Source: Emiliania huxleyi CCMP1516 (taxonomy: Eukaryota). Taken from it: a stretch of DNA of 64,000 bases. Shown in pieces: positions 26,755 through 38,161 of the stretch. The DNA lies in NCBI RefSeq assembly GCF_000372725.1, contig NW_005201551.1, positions 156,520 through 220,519 of the forward strand. The letters are read 5' to 3'. Within the stretch, counting starts at the first letter, position 1; each line of letters begins with the position of its first letter. The translations under genes were made by a program, and so were the position numbers. The notes under the pieces are model-generated. The model saw only the letters and a list, made by a program, of their open reading frames with translations. It did no database searches and was not told where the DNA came from.

Positions 26755-27145
26755 ATGTCGGTGACCCAGTGCTGCGCCTGCCTGTTGCCGATCGAGAGCG
26801 GCGAGACGCACTCGCTTATCGGCTGCGCCGGCGGGCACAGAATCCATAAGGACTGCCTGCGCGACTGGCAGCGCACAGACTGCGCGCGCGGGCTGCGGTG
26901 CCGCGCGCGCTGCCTCTGACGCTGCGTTGAGCGGCGGCGGCCGGCAAGCTGTGCCGTGCCCGACGTGCTGCATAAACGAAAAGGGCTTCGGCCACCTGGC
27001 CATCGGCAGCGACGACGACGACGTCGACGACGATTACGGCGGCGGCGGCGGCGGCGGCGGCGGTAGCGGCGGCGGCGGCGGCGAGGAGGAGGAGGGGGAG
27101 GAGGGAGAGGAGGTGGGCGGCGAGGAGAAGCCCACGCGCCACGCC
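26755..27145 (+). pseudogene. RING-H2 finger fragment (frameshifted or spliced), interrupted by repeats
   Basis: 'CCACLLPI...GCAGGHRIHKDCLRDW' is followed in another frame by 'VPCPTC'. Confidence 0.5.
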
Positions 27146-27201
27146 AAGGGAGGGATGGGAGGACGGCACGCCGCCACCACACATGGATTTTAAGGAGAGG
27201 A

Positions 27202-27457
27202 GTATGTATGTATGTAGGAAGGTGAAGAACAGTCAGGCTCGGACTGGACACCGACGCGGTATGGGTGGACGCTGGACAGATGATGACGACACGCACGAGC
27301 GACACACAGACACAAACAAGCTCACAAGACACACAGCCAGCGGGCTGCCACACATCCTGAGTGGGCGTACACATCACTCAGGCCGGAGAGGAGTGTGGTG
27401 CTAGCCGTCGCCCACCCTCGGGCGTCTACCACTTCCTATCTCTGTCCGCAGTTTCTC
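27202..27457 (-). mobile_element. Family D LINE-like 3' end: ORF terminus ...RRPRVGDG*, 3'UTR, (ATAC)n tail
   Basis: 27400-27457 is homologous to the family C ORF end; the UTR matches 23919-24047. Confidence 0.7.
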
Positions 27458-27609
27458 ACAGTGAGTATTCTTGATCTGCATCTTCTGCGCGCCGTATTTC
27501 TTTTTTGGAAAATCAAAGTTTCAAGGATGTACATTTGCGAATAACATCTCACTCACCGACAACACACACGTAGACAGAGAGAGCTTCACCTGGTTGCGTG
27601 AGCGAGTGA

Positions 27610-28551
27610 AAGAAAGAAAGAAAGAAAACAGACAACCCAAGGGAGGGATGGGAGGACGGCACGCCGCCACCACAGAGGGATTTTAAGGAGAGGAGTGTGA
27701 TGCGCTAGCCGTCGCCCACCCTAGGGAGTCTGCCTCTTCCTATCTCTTTTCGCAGTCTCTCGCCGATTCTCGCTGCAACCTTCATGCCACCTCGCGTCCG
27801 TCCCACTCTCGTCGTTCTCTCCCTTGTCACTTCCTCCTCTGTCGCGTCATTCTCTTCTGCCTCGTCCTGCGCCGCCGCCGCCTGCCGTTCCCTTGTTCTC
27901 TCGGCTTCTTTCGCCTTTCGGCGCAGCTCCGCCCTCCTTGCTGCATATCCTGGCCCCTCGAGTCTATCGAGCTCCCCTCGCGCAAGGACCACATTTCTGA
28001 CTCCCACTCCGATCATTTGCCTCCAGGTCATGTTGTTGCTCAGGTCCACTCTCTCTTCGAACACTCGTGCCTCTACGGATGATGCCGGCGCTGGGGTCCC
28101 CTTCGGATGCATCGTGACATCTGACAACTGAATTTCCACTGGTTCGTCCTCCTCGGAGTCATCTTCCCCGTCCTCCTTCCGTTCGGCTCTTCGCTCGGTA
28201 CGTTCGGTGTGGCTCACCCTCCATGCCGTGAACAGGCGCTTTATCCACCCTATATTCTTCTCTCGTTCCTCTGCCCGTGCCTTGGTCTTGTCGTTGTTTC
28301 GCACCCATGTCTGTATGGCAATCGAGGCTGCCTTCCCCACTACCTGTAGTTCACTCGTCACCTCTCCCGCGAGCTCCCTTCTCTTTCTTTCGGGTATGGA
28401 GTCCGTGAGTGCGGGTAGCGTGCAGGCAATCACGGGCGCTATTTTGTCGTACTCCTCTTCGGCGAGCGCTCCAAATCTAGACCCTTTCGCCTTTAAGGAG
28501 GCTGCCCTCGCTCGTCTCAGGAATGTGGCGGTGTCTTTTGAGTCCGGCGCC
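27610..28551 (-). mobile_element. Family C LINE-like element, 5'-truncated, with 11-bp TSD
   Basis: Open C-terminal ORF ending RLPRVGDG*, 3'UTR and (TTTC)n tail. Flanked by the direct repeat TGAGCGAGTGA at 27599-27609 and 28552-28562. Confidence 0.85.
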
Positions 28552-28601
28552 TGAGCGAGTGAGCGCCTCCCTTCGCATGTTAGTGTATTTTTTTTCTCGC
28601 G

Positions 28602-30020
28602 ATGTCCACCCCGCCGCGCCGCTCGCGCCGCCTCGCCCGAGCCACAGACGCTCCCTCGCCCAGGACGCCGCCGCCCACCCGCCTCCTCGACCTCCCCACG
28701 GACCTCCTCGCGCGCGTCCTCTCTCACTTCCACAGCCCCATCGACATCGCTCGCGTCGCGGCCGTCTCGCTGCTCTTCCACGCCTCGCTTGCGCTGGAGG
28801 GCGTCCGCTTGTGGGCGCAAGGGCGCGGCTACGAGCTGCCGGCGCAGCCAGAGGATGAGAGCTGCGCCGTGCGGTGGCTGTGCTATTCGGCGCTGCTGCG
28901 CGAGTCCAACCCGCCGGCGAGGGTGGCGGCAGGCAATATGCACAGCGTCTTCATCGGCGGCGAGGGGCTCTCGTCGTGCGGCTGCGCGCCGCATCACATC
29001 CCAGGCCTCCTTGGCCATGGTGAGGGCGTGGCACGGCTCAACACGCCGACCCGCCTCCCGTCGACGCTGGGCGGCGAGCGCGCCGTGAGCGTGTCGGTTG
29101 GAGCATGGCACAGCCTCGCCCTCACCGGCGGCGGCGCCGTTTGGAGCTGGGGCCAGGGAGGCTTGGGTGCGCTGGGCCACGGTGACCAGCAGGGCCAATG
29201 GCAGCCGAAGAAGGTCGAGGCATTTGATCGCCGCATCGTCGCCGTTTCGGCGGGATGTCACAGCCTCGCCCTTACCGCCGACGGAGCCGTCTTAAGCTGG
29301 GGCTATGGCCATCTGGGCCACGGCGAGCTGCAGCTGCAGCTGCTGCCGAAGGAGATCGAGGCCTTGGCTGGGAGGCGCGTCGTCGCGGTCTCGGCGGGAG
29401 GAGGTCACAGCCTCGCCCTCACCGCCGACGGCAGTGTCTGGAGCTGGGGCTACGGTGGCTTCGGCCAGCTGGGCCACGGCGACGGACAGAACCAGCTGCT
29501 GCCCAAGAAGATCGAAGCCTTTGCTGACCAGCGCGTCGTCGCTGTGTCGGCTGGAAACGACCACGGTCTAGAGGACCACAGCTTCGCCCTAACCGCTGAC
29601 GGAGAGGTCTGGAGCTGGGGCAGTGGCGCATCTGGCAAGCTGGGCCACGGCAACTCGCTGCGGCAACTGCTGCCCAAGAAGGTCGAGGCCTTTGCTGGGC
29701 AGTGCGTCGTCGCTGTGTCGGCGGGAGTGCGTCGCGGCCTCGCCCTCACCGCCAACGGCAGCGTCTGGACCTGGGGCTTTGGAGGGCGAGGCCAGCTGGG
29801 CCACGGTGAGACGCAGGACCAGCTGCTGCCCAAGAAGATCGAGGCCTTGGCCGGCCAGCGCGACGTCGCTGTGTCGGCTGGAGGCGACCTCAGCTTCGCC
29901 CTCACCGCTGACGGCGCCGTCTTTGCCTGGGGCAGGGGCGACCTCGGCTGCCTAGGCCACGGAGAGGACCTGTCGGACCAGCTGCTGCCCAAGAAGATCG
30001 AGGCGTGGGTGCGGGACTGA
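28602..30020 (+). CDS. F-box + RCC1-repeat protein (intronless)
   Basis: F-box 'LLDLPTDLLARVLSHF...DIARVAAVSLLFH'. About 7 RCC1 repeats 'VAVSAGxxHSLALTADGxVWSWGxGxxGQLGHG'. Confidence 0.92.
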   Translation: MSTPPRRSRRLARATDAPSPRTPPPTRLLDLPTDLLARVLSHFHSPIDIARVAAVSLLFHASLALEGVRLWAQGRGYELPAQPEDESCAVRWLCYSALLRESNPPARVAAGNMHSVFIGGEGLSSCGCAPHHIPGLLGHGEGVARLNTPTRLPSTLGGERAVSVSVGAWHSLALTGGGAVWSWGQGGLGALGHGDQQGQWQPKKVEAFDRRIVAVSAGCHSLALTADGAVLSWGYGHLGHGELQLQLLPKEIEALAGRRVVAVSAGGGHSLALTADGSVWSWGYGGFGQLGHGDGQNQLLPKKIEAFADQRVVAVSAGNDHGLEDHSFALTADGEVWSWGSGASGKLGHGNSLRQLLPKKVEAFAGQCVVAVSAGVRRGLALTANGSVWTWGFGGRGQLGHGETQDQLLPKKIEALAGQRDVAVSAGGDLSFALTADGAVFAWGRGDLGCLGHGEDLSDQLLPKKIEAWVRD

Positions 30021-30466
30021 GGTCGCGGGCATCGTGCGGTGGTCGCGTAGAGACGCAGACGGCACCCGACCACGCAATGAAAGGAGCGCCCACAACTCGA
30101 GGTACAGTACGGATGTGACTGTGATCTGTGTCGAATGTCCCGGCCTCCCATCTCGAGCTCGCGAGGCGCTCGAGTCGAGACATACGTGGTTATGACTCAG
30201 ATCTCAGATTGCAATTATTGCGACATGCGCGAGTGTCCCAGTACCTCACTTTCCTGCTTCCTCTCTGCCGCCATAAACAAACAAACAAAAACGCACACCT
30301 CTACTGTGAGATGGGTAAAAAGGAACAGGTCCCCGCACTGCGCCCGCCGCCCGTGGCGCGTGCGCCGCGCCCGATCTTTGTGCAGGCCGTGGCCCGTGTG
30401 CTCCGTGCACGTGTGCGCACCTGCAGCCAGACGCGAGACGGTCCTCTAGACTCTTCGCTTTTCTAG

Positions 30467-32129
30467 GGTACCATACTTGACCCCCCCCCTTAAGGCGCCA
30501 CGTCTTTTCCTACCAACCCAGCGCCGATCTCGGCGGGGCGTCAGCGCCTCTCGGTGGGGCATCATGAGCTCACGGGGCTGCCCGACGGGGCAGGCCTCGT
30601 GCTGATGGACCCAGCCGAGGTGCCCGACCAGTCGGACCCGCGCCGACGCGCCGCGCGCGACCACCAGCCAGCTTGCCGGCCGGGACGAGCACGGTGCGTA
30701 GATCGCGCCGGCACTCTCCGGTCCATCCGGAATTTTGTCGTTCTAGTTAGCACTGCTGCTGCAGACAGGGCCCGCGCGACCCCATGCCCTTCCCATATCT
30801 CGTGTCCTGAGGCTTGGCGCCACCCCGGTGACCGCCCACAGGTGGCTGTTCGCGGGCGCGGCGAGCGTGCCGCTTGAGCGGACCAGGCTGAAGCCACCTC
30901 AGGACCCCACCTCGAGCCGGTGGCGCCACCCGCGACCCTGCCCGCCTTCGCCGCGCCAGCCGCCGGCTCGCTGCAGCCGCAGCGCGCGGTGCCCGACCAC
31001 CGACGCGCCCGCCCGCTCGCCTTCTCGCGCCGCCTCTCGGCGCGCAAAGCCGCTCACACACCGCGTACTCAGCCATCGGCGCGACATCACTCCCGCGCAG
31101 GCACCTCGCGACGGGTCGGCGCACTCGTGCGGCTCAACGCAGAACTACGGAGCGACCTCCGCCGCGGCTCGGCGCTGCCCATGGCAGCAACAGGTGCCGC
31201 CCCACCACCCGCCTGCTGCCTCTGCCTCTCTCAGCCATGCGACCCCTCCGCCAATGCACACCTCAAACGCGACGTCAGATCCCGCTGCTACTGGCAGCAT
31301 TCGCGGCGATGAGGCCTCCGCCAGCACTGATCATCACAAGTCGTCTGTTAAGCTACACGTTTTTGCCCTGTGCAGGTGAGCGGACCGCTGCAGCCATGGT
31401 GGAGCCGCGGGTCGGGTGAGGGAATGGCCTTTTGGCGCGGCGCTGCTATGTGCCTGCGCGCTCATGGCGCGTTCAGGGGTGCGCCTGCGGTGTGTAGACT
31501 GCGGGGCGCCGCGATAGCGCGGCGCCGACGATTGTGTCGCTCATTGTCACACCGTCGACACGGTCACAGTGTGTGTGCAGTGCGTCCACTCCGGCGACCG
31601 TGACGCCGTCGGTTCTCGCCTATACCGGCTAGTGTGGAGCTCTCAGTGTGGTTGCGTGTTTTACTAGTGATGCTGCACCAGGCGGCCTGTTTTTAGCAAA
31701 AAGCAGATACCACATCGCGTGTGGTCATCGAAAAACCGCATGTTCGCCCGTCTGGGACCTCTTCGTACGGCTCCAAAAACCGCTCCTTAACGACGGCTAC
31801 GCGGCCCGGCGGTCGATCTGCGCCTTCTCAGCGGTGGAGGGGATGTGGGAGGTACGTGCGGACCGCGTGGTGCTGCGATGGTTTGACGAGTGCGACTCCC
31901 AGCGTCGACTTTTCGACCCCACGGAGCCTCTGCTGCTTCGGGGGGGGGGGGGTCTGCAGACCACCCGGCCGAACTTCAGAGTCGCGGTGCTCCTCAAATA
32001 CCGCTCAAACGCCCACGATGTTGTGGAGGGGACATATGCTGATGATCCTGGCCCGATTGGTTTGCTCAGAAAGCTTCTGGGCGGTCGTTAAGGTTCGCTC
32101 CCCGCACACCGGCCCGGAAGTATCGTACC
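30467..32129. mobile_element. Putative non-autonomous DNA transposon with 12-13 bp TIRs and CTAG (or TA) TSD
   Basis: CTAG|GGTACCATACTT at 30463-30478 and AAGTATCGTACC|CTAG at 32118-32133 (1 mismatch). The same terminus recurs at 45261-45286. Confidence 0.55.
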
Positions 32130-32689
32130 CTAGACTTTACCGAATTCGAAACGAAAAGAAAGAGGCGGCGTGGTCACACTGAGACACTGACACACAGGCT
32201 GTTCACAACACGCAGTACAGTGCGAGGCGTGGCGATAGAAATCGGGGCCTCGGCATCCAGCAGCCGATTTCTGTTTCGGCGAGGGAAATCGGGCAAGCCA
32301 GCAGCCGATTTCTATAAGCGCGATTTCTGCCAAAATTTTCTTCGGCGCTGCGCGCCGTTCACTATAGTCCATATTATACGTACGAGTACACACTAAAAGG
32401 TTGCGCCTGATACGAATTCAATCTCCCCTCTTTGACTGCACTCCAAGTGCTCCAAGTGCTTTGAACCCACTAAAGCGTAAAGGTAGCGGCGGGTCGCACA
32501 AATATTCTCTCGTCATGCGCTTGCGTCCGCACCCACGGCCCACGCTGCAAGCATTCATTTATTTCGTGTGTGCGTGCTCGCTCGTGCGTGCGCCGACCGA
32601 CCGAACCAAATTCTGCTTCAATCAACAAACCCGTCGAGACGCTCTTCCACCTACAGTTGCTCCTCGCCTCGTCGCTCCGATCCCGCCTT

Positions 32690-33000
32690 TGGCGCCGTGA
32701 CTTGGACCACCAAGAGCTGGCTGGGGCTGCAGAAGCAGCGCATCTCAGTCGTTCTGCACACGGCCATCGCAGAGCAGGTCGTGAATGAGCTTGCCTGTGG
32801 CGGGGGTGGGCGGGTGCACGGAGCTAAGTGCCTCGCCACCCTCGCAGGAGTCGCTTAGGCGGCTCCCGTGGTGTACCTGTGTTAGTGCCAGTGCGCGCCA
32901 GTCCCGTGCCCAGTGTTGTGCGAGGGAGTTTTGTTGTAAAATTCTTTCTCTTTTTCGCACGACACTGGGCGTGCGAGGGAGTTTTGTTGTAAAATTCTCT
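32690..33000 (+). mobile_element. Extreme 3' end of an RLE-type retroelement (ORF tail + 3'UTR)
   Basis: 'TWTTKSWLGLQKQRISVVLH' is homologous to 'SWSTRSWLSLQAQRMSVALQ' at about 19080-19135. The UTR is shared with 10072-10260 and 22250-22278. Confidence 0.65.
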
Positions 33001-33214
33001 TTTTCCAAGATTCTTTTTCTCGCGAATGACCAGCTAAAGCCGCGTGATCCCAGGATACACCAAAGAATCCTTGCGCTCGCCGGTGTTGGCAACGGCTCCT
33101 GAGACGTGAGGTAGCGCCGCGGACCTCCGGCTCCTGCCGCGTGCTCGCGCCGCGCACCCACCGGCCGCCTCTCGCGCTGCCGCTTGGGACGTCGAGAATC
33201 CACTCTCGCTGCGC

Positions 33215-35541
33215 AATGGACCAGGGCGGAGTGGGGCAGCATGGACCAATACAGGCAAACGGGGAAGGGGGGGGGGGACTTTTGCCGCCAGCTGCCCAGC
33301 CCCTGCCGCATAGCGCGCATATTTCCTTTGCTCTCCCCTTGAGTTCCCGCAGCCAGCTGAGCCCGCCTCGCGCCCCTGCACATACTCCCTGCTCCATTTC
33401 GTGCCAGGCGCCCTCCGCAACGGCCCTCGCGGTGCTGGGCGCCGAGGCGCTCGGCTCCTCGCAGGGCGCGAGCCCCTGCAACCGCGCGCCCTCCGCCACC
33501 AGCGCCTCCGGCAGTGAGACATCGACAACCTCTTCACAGTCTTCGGACGGCACCGCGGACCTACCCGAGGTTGGCGCCGCGCCGTCGAGCTGCAGCGGTA
33601 CGTGCGTATGGGACCCAGCCACGGTCGGCGAGTCGAGCGAGACGCCGCTCGAGGACTACCTCGGCCGCGCCAGGCGCCCCTGGGGAGGGGCCCGGGGAGA
33701 GGGAGGGGGGAGAAGAGATCTCGCCCCGCGAATTAATGATTCTGTTTGGCCACGTGGCCCGCGCCAGGCGCCTTGGGGAGGGGCCGGGGAGAAGGAGGGG
33801 GGAGAAGAGATCTCGCCCCAAGATGAATACAATGAATGATTACTGTATTGGCCACCTCGCCCGCGCAGGCGCCCCCGGGGGGGGGGGGGGGGAGTATCGC
33901 TCCCCGAGATTGACATTAATAGAACTCTGTTATTACAACCGCAGGAGCGACCTCTCGGACTCCCGCCTGCGGAGCGTGTGGGAGGAGGCCGCCCTATCGG
34001 CCCTTCAGTCCAGCAAGGGAGACCACGCCGCGGCGCTGGCGGCCTTGCGGCTCGAGGAGCAGGCGGCGGCGGCGTCGCTCTTCTCTTCGGACGAGGTGGA
34101 TGAGCTCCGGTCGCTGCACGCGCGCTTCGGCGGCACCGACCTACGCCTCGTCACGAGGGCGCTCGGCGGGCGCCGCTCATTGGCCGAGGTCGTCGCGGCG
34201 GCATACAGATGTTTGCCTGCCCTGCGGAGAGACACGGACGTGGAGACGGTCTCGCTGCGTAGCCCACGCCAGCCGTCGCTTGCGCGGGCCTCCGTCGCGC
34301 GGGCCTCTGTCGACTCGCTCACCTCACTCGGCGCGATGATGGCGCACCGGCTGATCGAGGCTGCCCCCGCGGCCCTCTCCGTCGAGGCCGCCTCCGGCGA
34401 GTGGCTGCTCGCCGACTTGTGCGACGACGGCACGATTCTGCACTTGCCGGTCGATGGCGGCGTGCCGCAGCGATTTCGATCTCCCGGCGGGTTCGTCCGC
34501 TTCCTTCGCCCGTGGTTGAGCGCGGCTTCAGTGGAGGGGGGAAGCTGGACGGCGGTGCACTACAAGGGTTTGCCGCTCGACCTGATCCGCAAAGCCGCCA
34601 CCAGCGATGCAGACGCGTTGGGCGCGGTTGCCGCCGCCTCCGGTTCCCCCTCTGACGGCCGCGAGCCCACGCCACTCTCGCCCGGCGGCGCCGCCGCCAG
34701 CCAGCTTCGCCAAGCCTTACACGCCTCCTACCTGTTGGAGCGACGCACCGACGGCGCGCACGAACGATTGCTAGTGGACGACGCGGAGTTGGAGACGTAC
34801 GAAGTGGATTGCATCCTCGATCGCCGCCGCTCCAAACGCATGGACGGCGGAGCCTACGAGTACTTGGTATCGTGGGCGGGCTACGGCCCGGCGGACAATA
34901 CGTGGGAGCCGCGCGAATCCCTGCTGTGCCACGAATTGGTGGAGACGTTTGAGCTGGCGTTCGAGGCGCGTCGGCCCGCCGCCTCCCGCAGCCACGCCCG
35001 CCCCGCCGGCAACCGCGGTCGCGGTTCCTCGTCGCCGTGCCAGCCGAGGAGGCTTCCGAAAAAGAGGGAGCATGTTGCCAAGCGACGCGCCTCGCCGCCG
35101 CAGCCCTCCCGCGTGAGCAAGGCCGCGCGGGTGCCGGCGGTGGCGCCGGTCGTGGACCTCGTGGCGCTCGCAGCCAAGGAGCGGGAGGAGCAGCGCCGCC
35201 CTTGCATGTGCAGCGCGCCCTGCCGGCTGCAGCCGCTGATTGAGTCTGGTTGCATCGTGGCCGGCTCCCTCGCGCTCTCCGTGTGCATCAAGGGCGCGCT
35301 CACGTCCGCCGATGTGAGCGAGACCGGCGCGATCCGGCTCCCCTCCTCTTCGGGCGGCGGCGAGCTGCTCGAGCTCCAGACTCCATGCGCGCTGCTCCGC
35401 GTGGCACGCCGCCGCGCGGGCGTCGCCGTCGACAAGGGGCCGAGCGCCCGGACGACTGTGTTTTACAAGGGCGTCAGCCTCAACGCGCTTGCGCAGCCTG
35501 GCCAGGTGCGACGCGACCGCCGCAGCCGCGCGGCGACCTAA
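33215..35541 (+). CDS. Chromatin protein: ELM2/SANT-like + RAMA-like + chromodomain + second RAMA-like; GC-AG intron at 33674-33944
   Basis: Chromo: 'YEVDCILDRR...YEYLVSWAGYGPADNTWEPRESL'. SANT-like: 'FSSDEVDELRSLHARFGGTDLRLV'. RAMA-like: 'ADLCDDGTI...FRSPGGFV...WTAVHYKGLPLD' and 'ADVSETGAI...TTVFYKGVSLN'. Start uncertain. Confidence 0.8.
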
Positions 35542-35636
35542 ATAGGCGTGATCTGCGAACAATTGGTGTGCGGGGTGTTGTGTGCGTCGCCGCCGAGCCG
35601 CGTTTCCCTTTGTGCGCAGTGTTGATAGAGATCTGT

Positions 35637-35966
35637 TGATTGATTGATGGGAAGGCGAAACACAGTCCGACCAACGACTGGGACACCAGCGCGGTATGGG
35701 TGGACGCTAGACGGGCGGTGACGGTCACACAGGAGCGACACACAGAACCACAAGACAAGACACTCAGGCTAGCCTCAGCCAACGTGCGGCTGCCACACAT
35801 CCTGAGCGAACTCCCTAGTCGCCCGCGGCTGGACTCCATCCGGCACGCGTCGCTGGGCGCTCAGAGCCGCGTCCCCTGCTCGCCACCCCGACGCCCAAGG
35901 CGCCCGAGTCGAACGACAGGCGGCACGCGAAGACTGGTTGCAATCCCGCCGACCGCGAGGCCGCGG
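35637..35966 (-). mobile_element. Family D LINE-like 3' end with (ATCA)n tail
   Basis: Near-identical to 44945-45259; the ORF remnant ends ...GWSPAAGD*. Confidence 0.75.
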
Positions 35967-36255
35967 GATGATGTGTGCGTGGTCATGTAGTGGGTCTCGG
36001 AAGCTGGTAGAAACTCGATTGCGCGGATTGTGCATTCAGTGTTCGTCCTTACGCTTACCTTCTGCTTTTCTATCACATGATCGATTGCGGATTGGACGAT
36101 TTGCCTGCAGAGTCCGCGCGCGCTCTTTCTCCCCTTCTCCCCCCACCTCGATAGGAACTAGGAAAAACACTCTGCAGGACGCTTGCGGGGCCACGGGGGG
36201 GGTCACTCGATCCACCACGGCAAGTTCCTCGCGCCGATAAGTTTCGCGCCGAGGA

Positions 36256-37640
36256 TGGCAGCGCGTCGCAGTCAGAAGCCACGTGGCGCAGGCAAGGCCG
36301 ACGGAGGCAGCGGTGACGCAACCTGCAGCTCAGACAGCGAGCCCGCAAAATCGGCGCGCTGCAGCCACAGGTTGTGGGCTGCGATTGTTGCCTACCGAAG
36401 GTGCCGTCTGCCGACACAAATTGCCGACGCATACTCCCACACTTTGCTCGCACCAATCAGGCGAACGCGGAGGCTCGTGCGCCCGTGCCTCGTCTTTTGG
36501 GCGCTCGCGTCGCTCTGGATATTCGCCGTGCTTCGCATGCAGGGCGTCGCGGCACCAGCGGACCAGCTGTACCTCTCCGCCGGAGGTTCTGCGGCTGGCG
36601 GCACGCCCTAGATGCTTTAACCCGTGGCCGTTTGGTGCGCTTGGCGGCAGACTTGGGCGCGTTCCTTCTTACCGAGACTGTGCTCGTGGGTACATGCATC
36701 CGCTGCGAATAGGTATCACAAGCTGCTGGACAAGGCCAGCTGCCTCGCGCCGCTGCGGCGGAGCAAAGCGTTTGAGCGCGAGCTTGCGGATGAGTGCGAC
36801 GTCTCATAGAAGACTCGGAGAGTAACATCTAACATCTAGAAACCGGTGTGCTTGGCACACCGGTATGCTTTCGTTCCAAGTGATGTGAAGCCGCGAAGGG
36901 GATACATTTTCTCCGATCCCGTTGAATCCCTTTCCTTCCTCTTTACCTTTGTTTCTCTTGGGGGTGGGCCGGAGTGCGGAGAAATTCACACGCGCGGGGA
37001 GGTAAGGTGCCGGGTACTGTTTAGATGTACTCGGGGCGGGGTCTTTACGGGGTAACTATGTGGCTCTTCGAACATACTAGTACCCGATGGTCGACTGCGG
37101 ACGTTTTTTTTTCGACACGATGCAGGCATGTGGACCAAGCAAGCAAGCCAGCGACACCTCCCTCGGTCGGGGAGGCGCGCACCTGCTGCTTCCACCGATC
37201 CTGATTTATCAAACTTGGGAGGAAAGGACTGTTGGTTATCCGCTTGTGTTCGCCCTCCACTATGGATCCCAAGTGTATCAATCAAACTCATTCCAGCGAA
37301 TGAATGGACCGGGTTCGCTTTTTTGGCATTAGCGGCCCCATCGGCTTCTCGCCTAGCTTCTCGCACCTGGTCGCCGTAGCTATTGCTGGCCGCGATGTAC
37401 GATGGCGCATCGAGCAGGGCCCTTCCGCCTGTGCTGGGGACTGCGCTGGGAACAGAGCACGCGGAGCTCTTGCCGACATTGCAGTCGCCGCCGATTGGCA
37501 ACGCGAGAGCATTGCAGGCAGCACCTTGCGGGGTGATCTCAAGAGGCCTGCGCATGTGCTACGACAGACCTACGTCGACACCCGACTACGTCGCAAGCGC
37601 GGCTGCCTGCCGCGCCTCGTGCGAGGCGTGGCGGCCCTAG
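36256..37640 (+). CDS. Possible multi-exon hypothetical type II membrane protein
   Basis: Hydrophobic segment 'PCLVFWALASLWIFAVLRM' and several exon-like blocks. No family recognised. Confidence 0.3.
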
Positions 37641-37717
37641 ATGCAATGTGTGGGTCTCAGCCACTGTGACTGCTCGGCGGAGGGCGTGAGCATGGTATCC
37701 TCGAGTGAATTCCAACG

Positions 37718-38098
37718 ATGCTGATTCAGCCGATATGCCCACTCGTTCACCCTTGGAGTCCAACCTCGCACTCTGCTGGCCCACAGGAGTCAGCCAGCTG
37801 CGCCTACCATACGTACTGGCAGCCCAGTGGCTGGTGCCGTCAGGTGACACACACAGAGGACTCGCCGAGAGAATCCGAGATACATCCGCCGTTCCCCGCC
37901 AGCCCAACCGCTGCTAGAAGGCTCATCCGGATGCAGACTCGCACACCGGCGCCTCTGACCCGATCGTGCCCCCCCCACCCCAGACGGCGAGCTGCAATAT
38001 GCTCTGGCCAACGTCGTGCGCCAGCGGCTGCACGATCCAGGTCACCGCTGTCTGCAAAGCAGATGCATCGGTTGCGCTGCTGCCGCCGCCGCCGTCAC

Positions 38099-38161
<63 letters not shown>

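Noticed and set aside
27705..29261. 518-aa minus-strand ORF as a single gene
   Set aside because: It is a chimera of the RCC1 antisense frame and the truncated LINE-like ORF, joined across the TSD.
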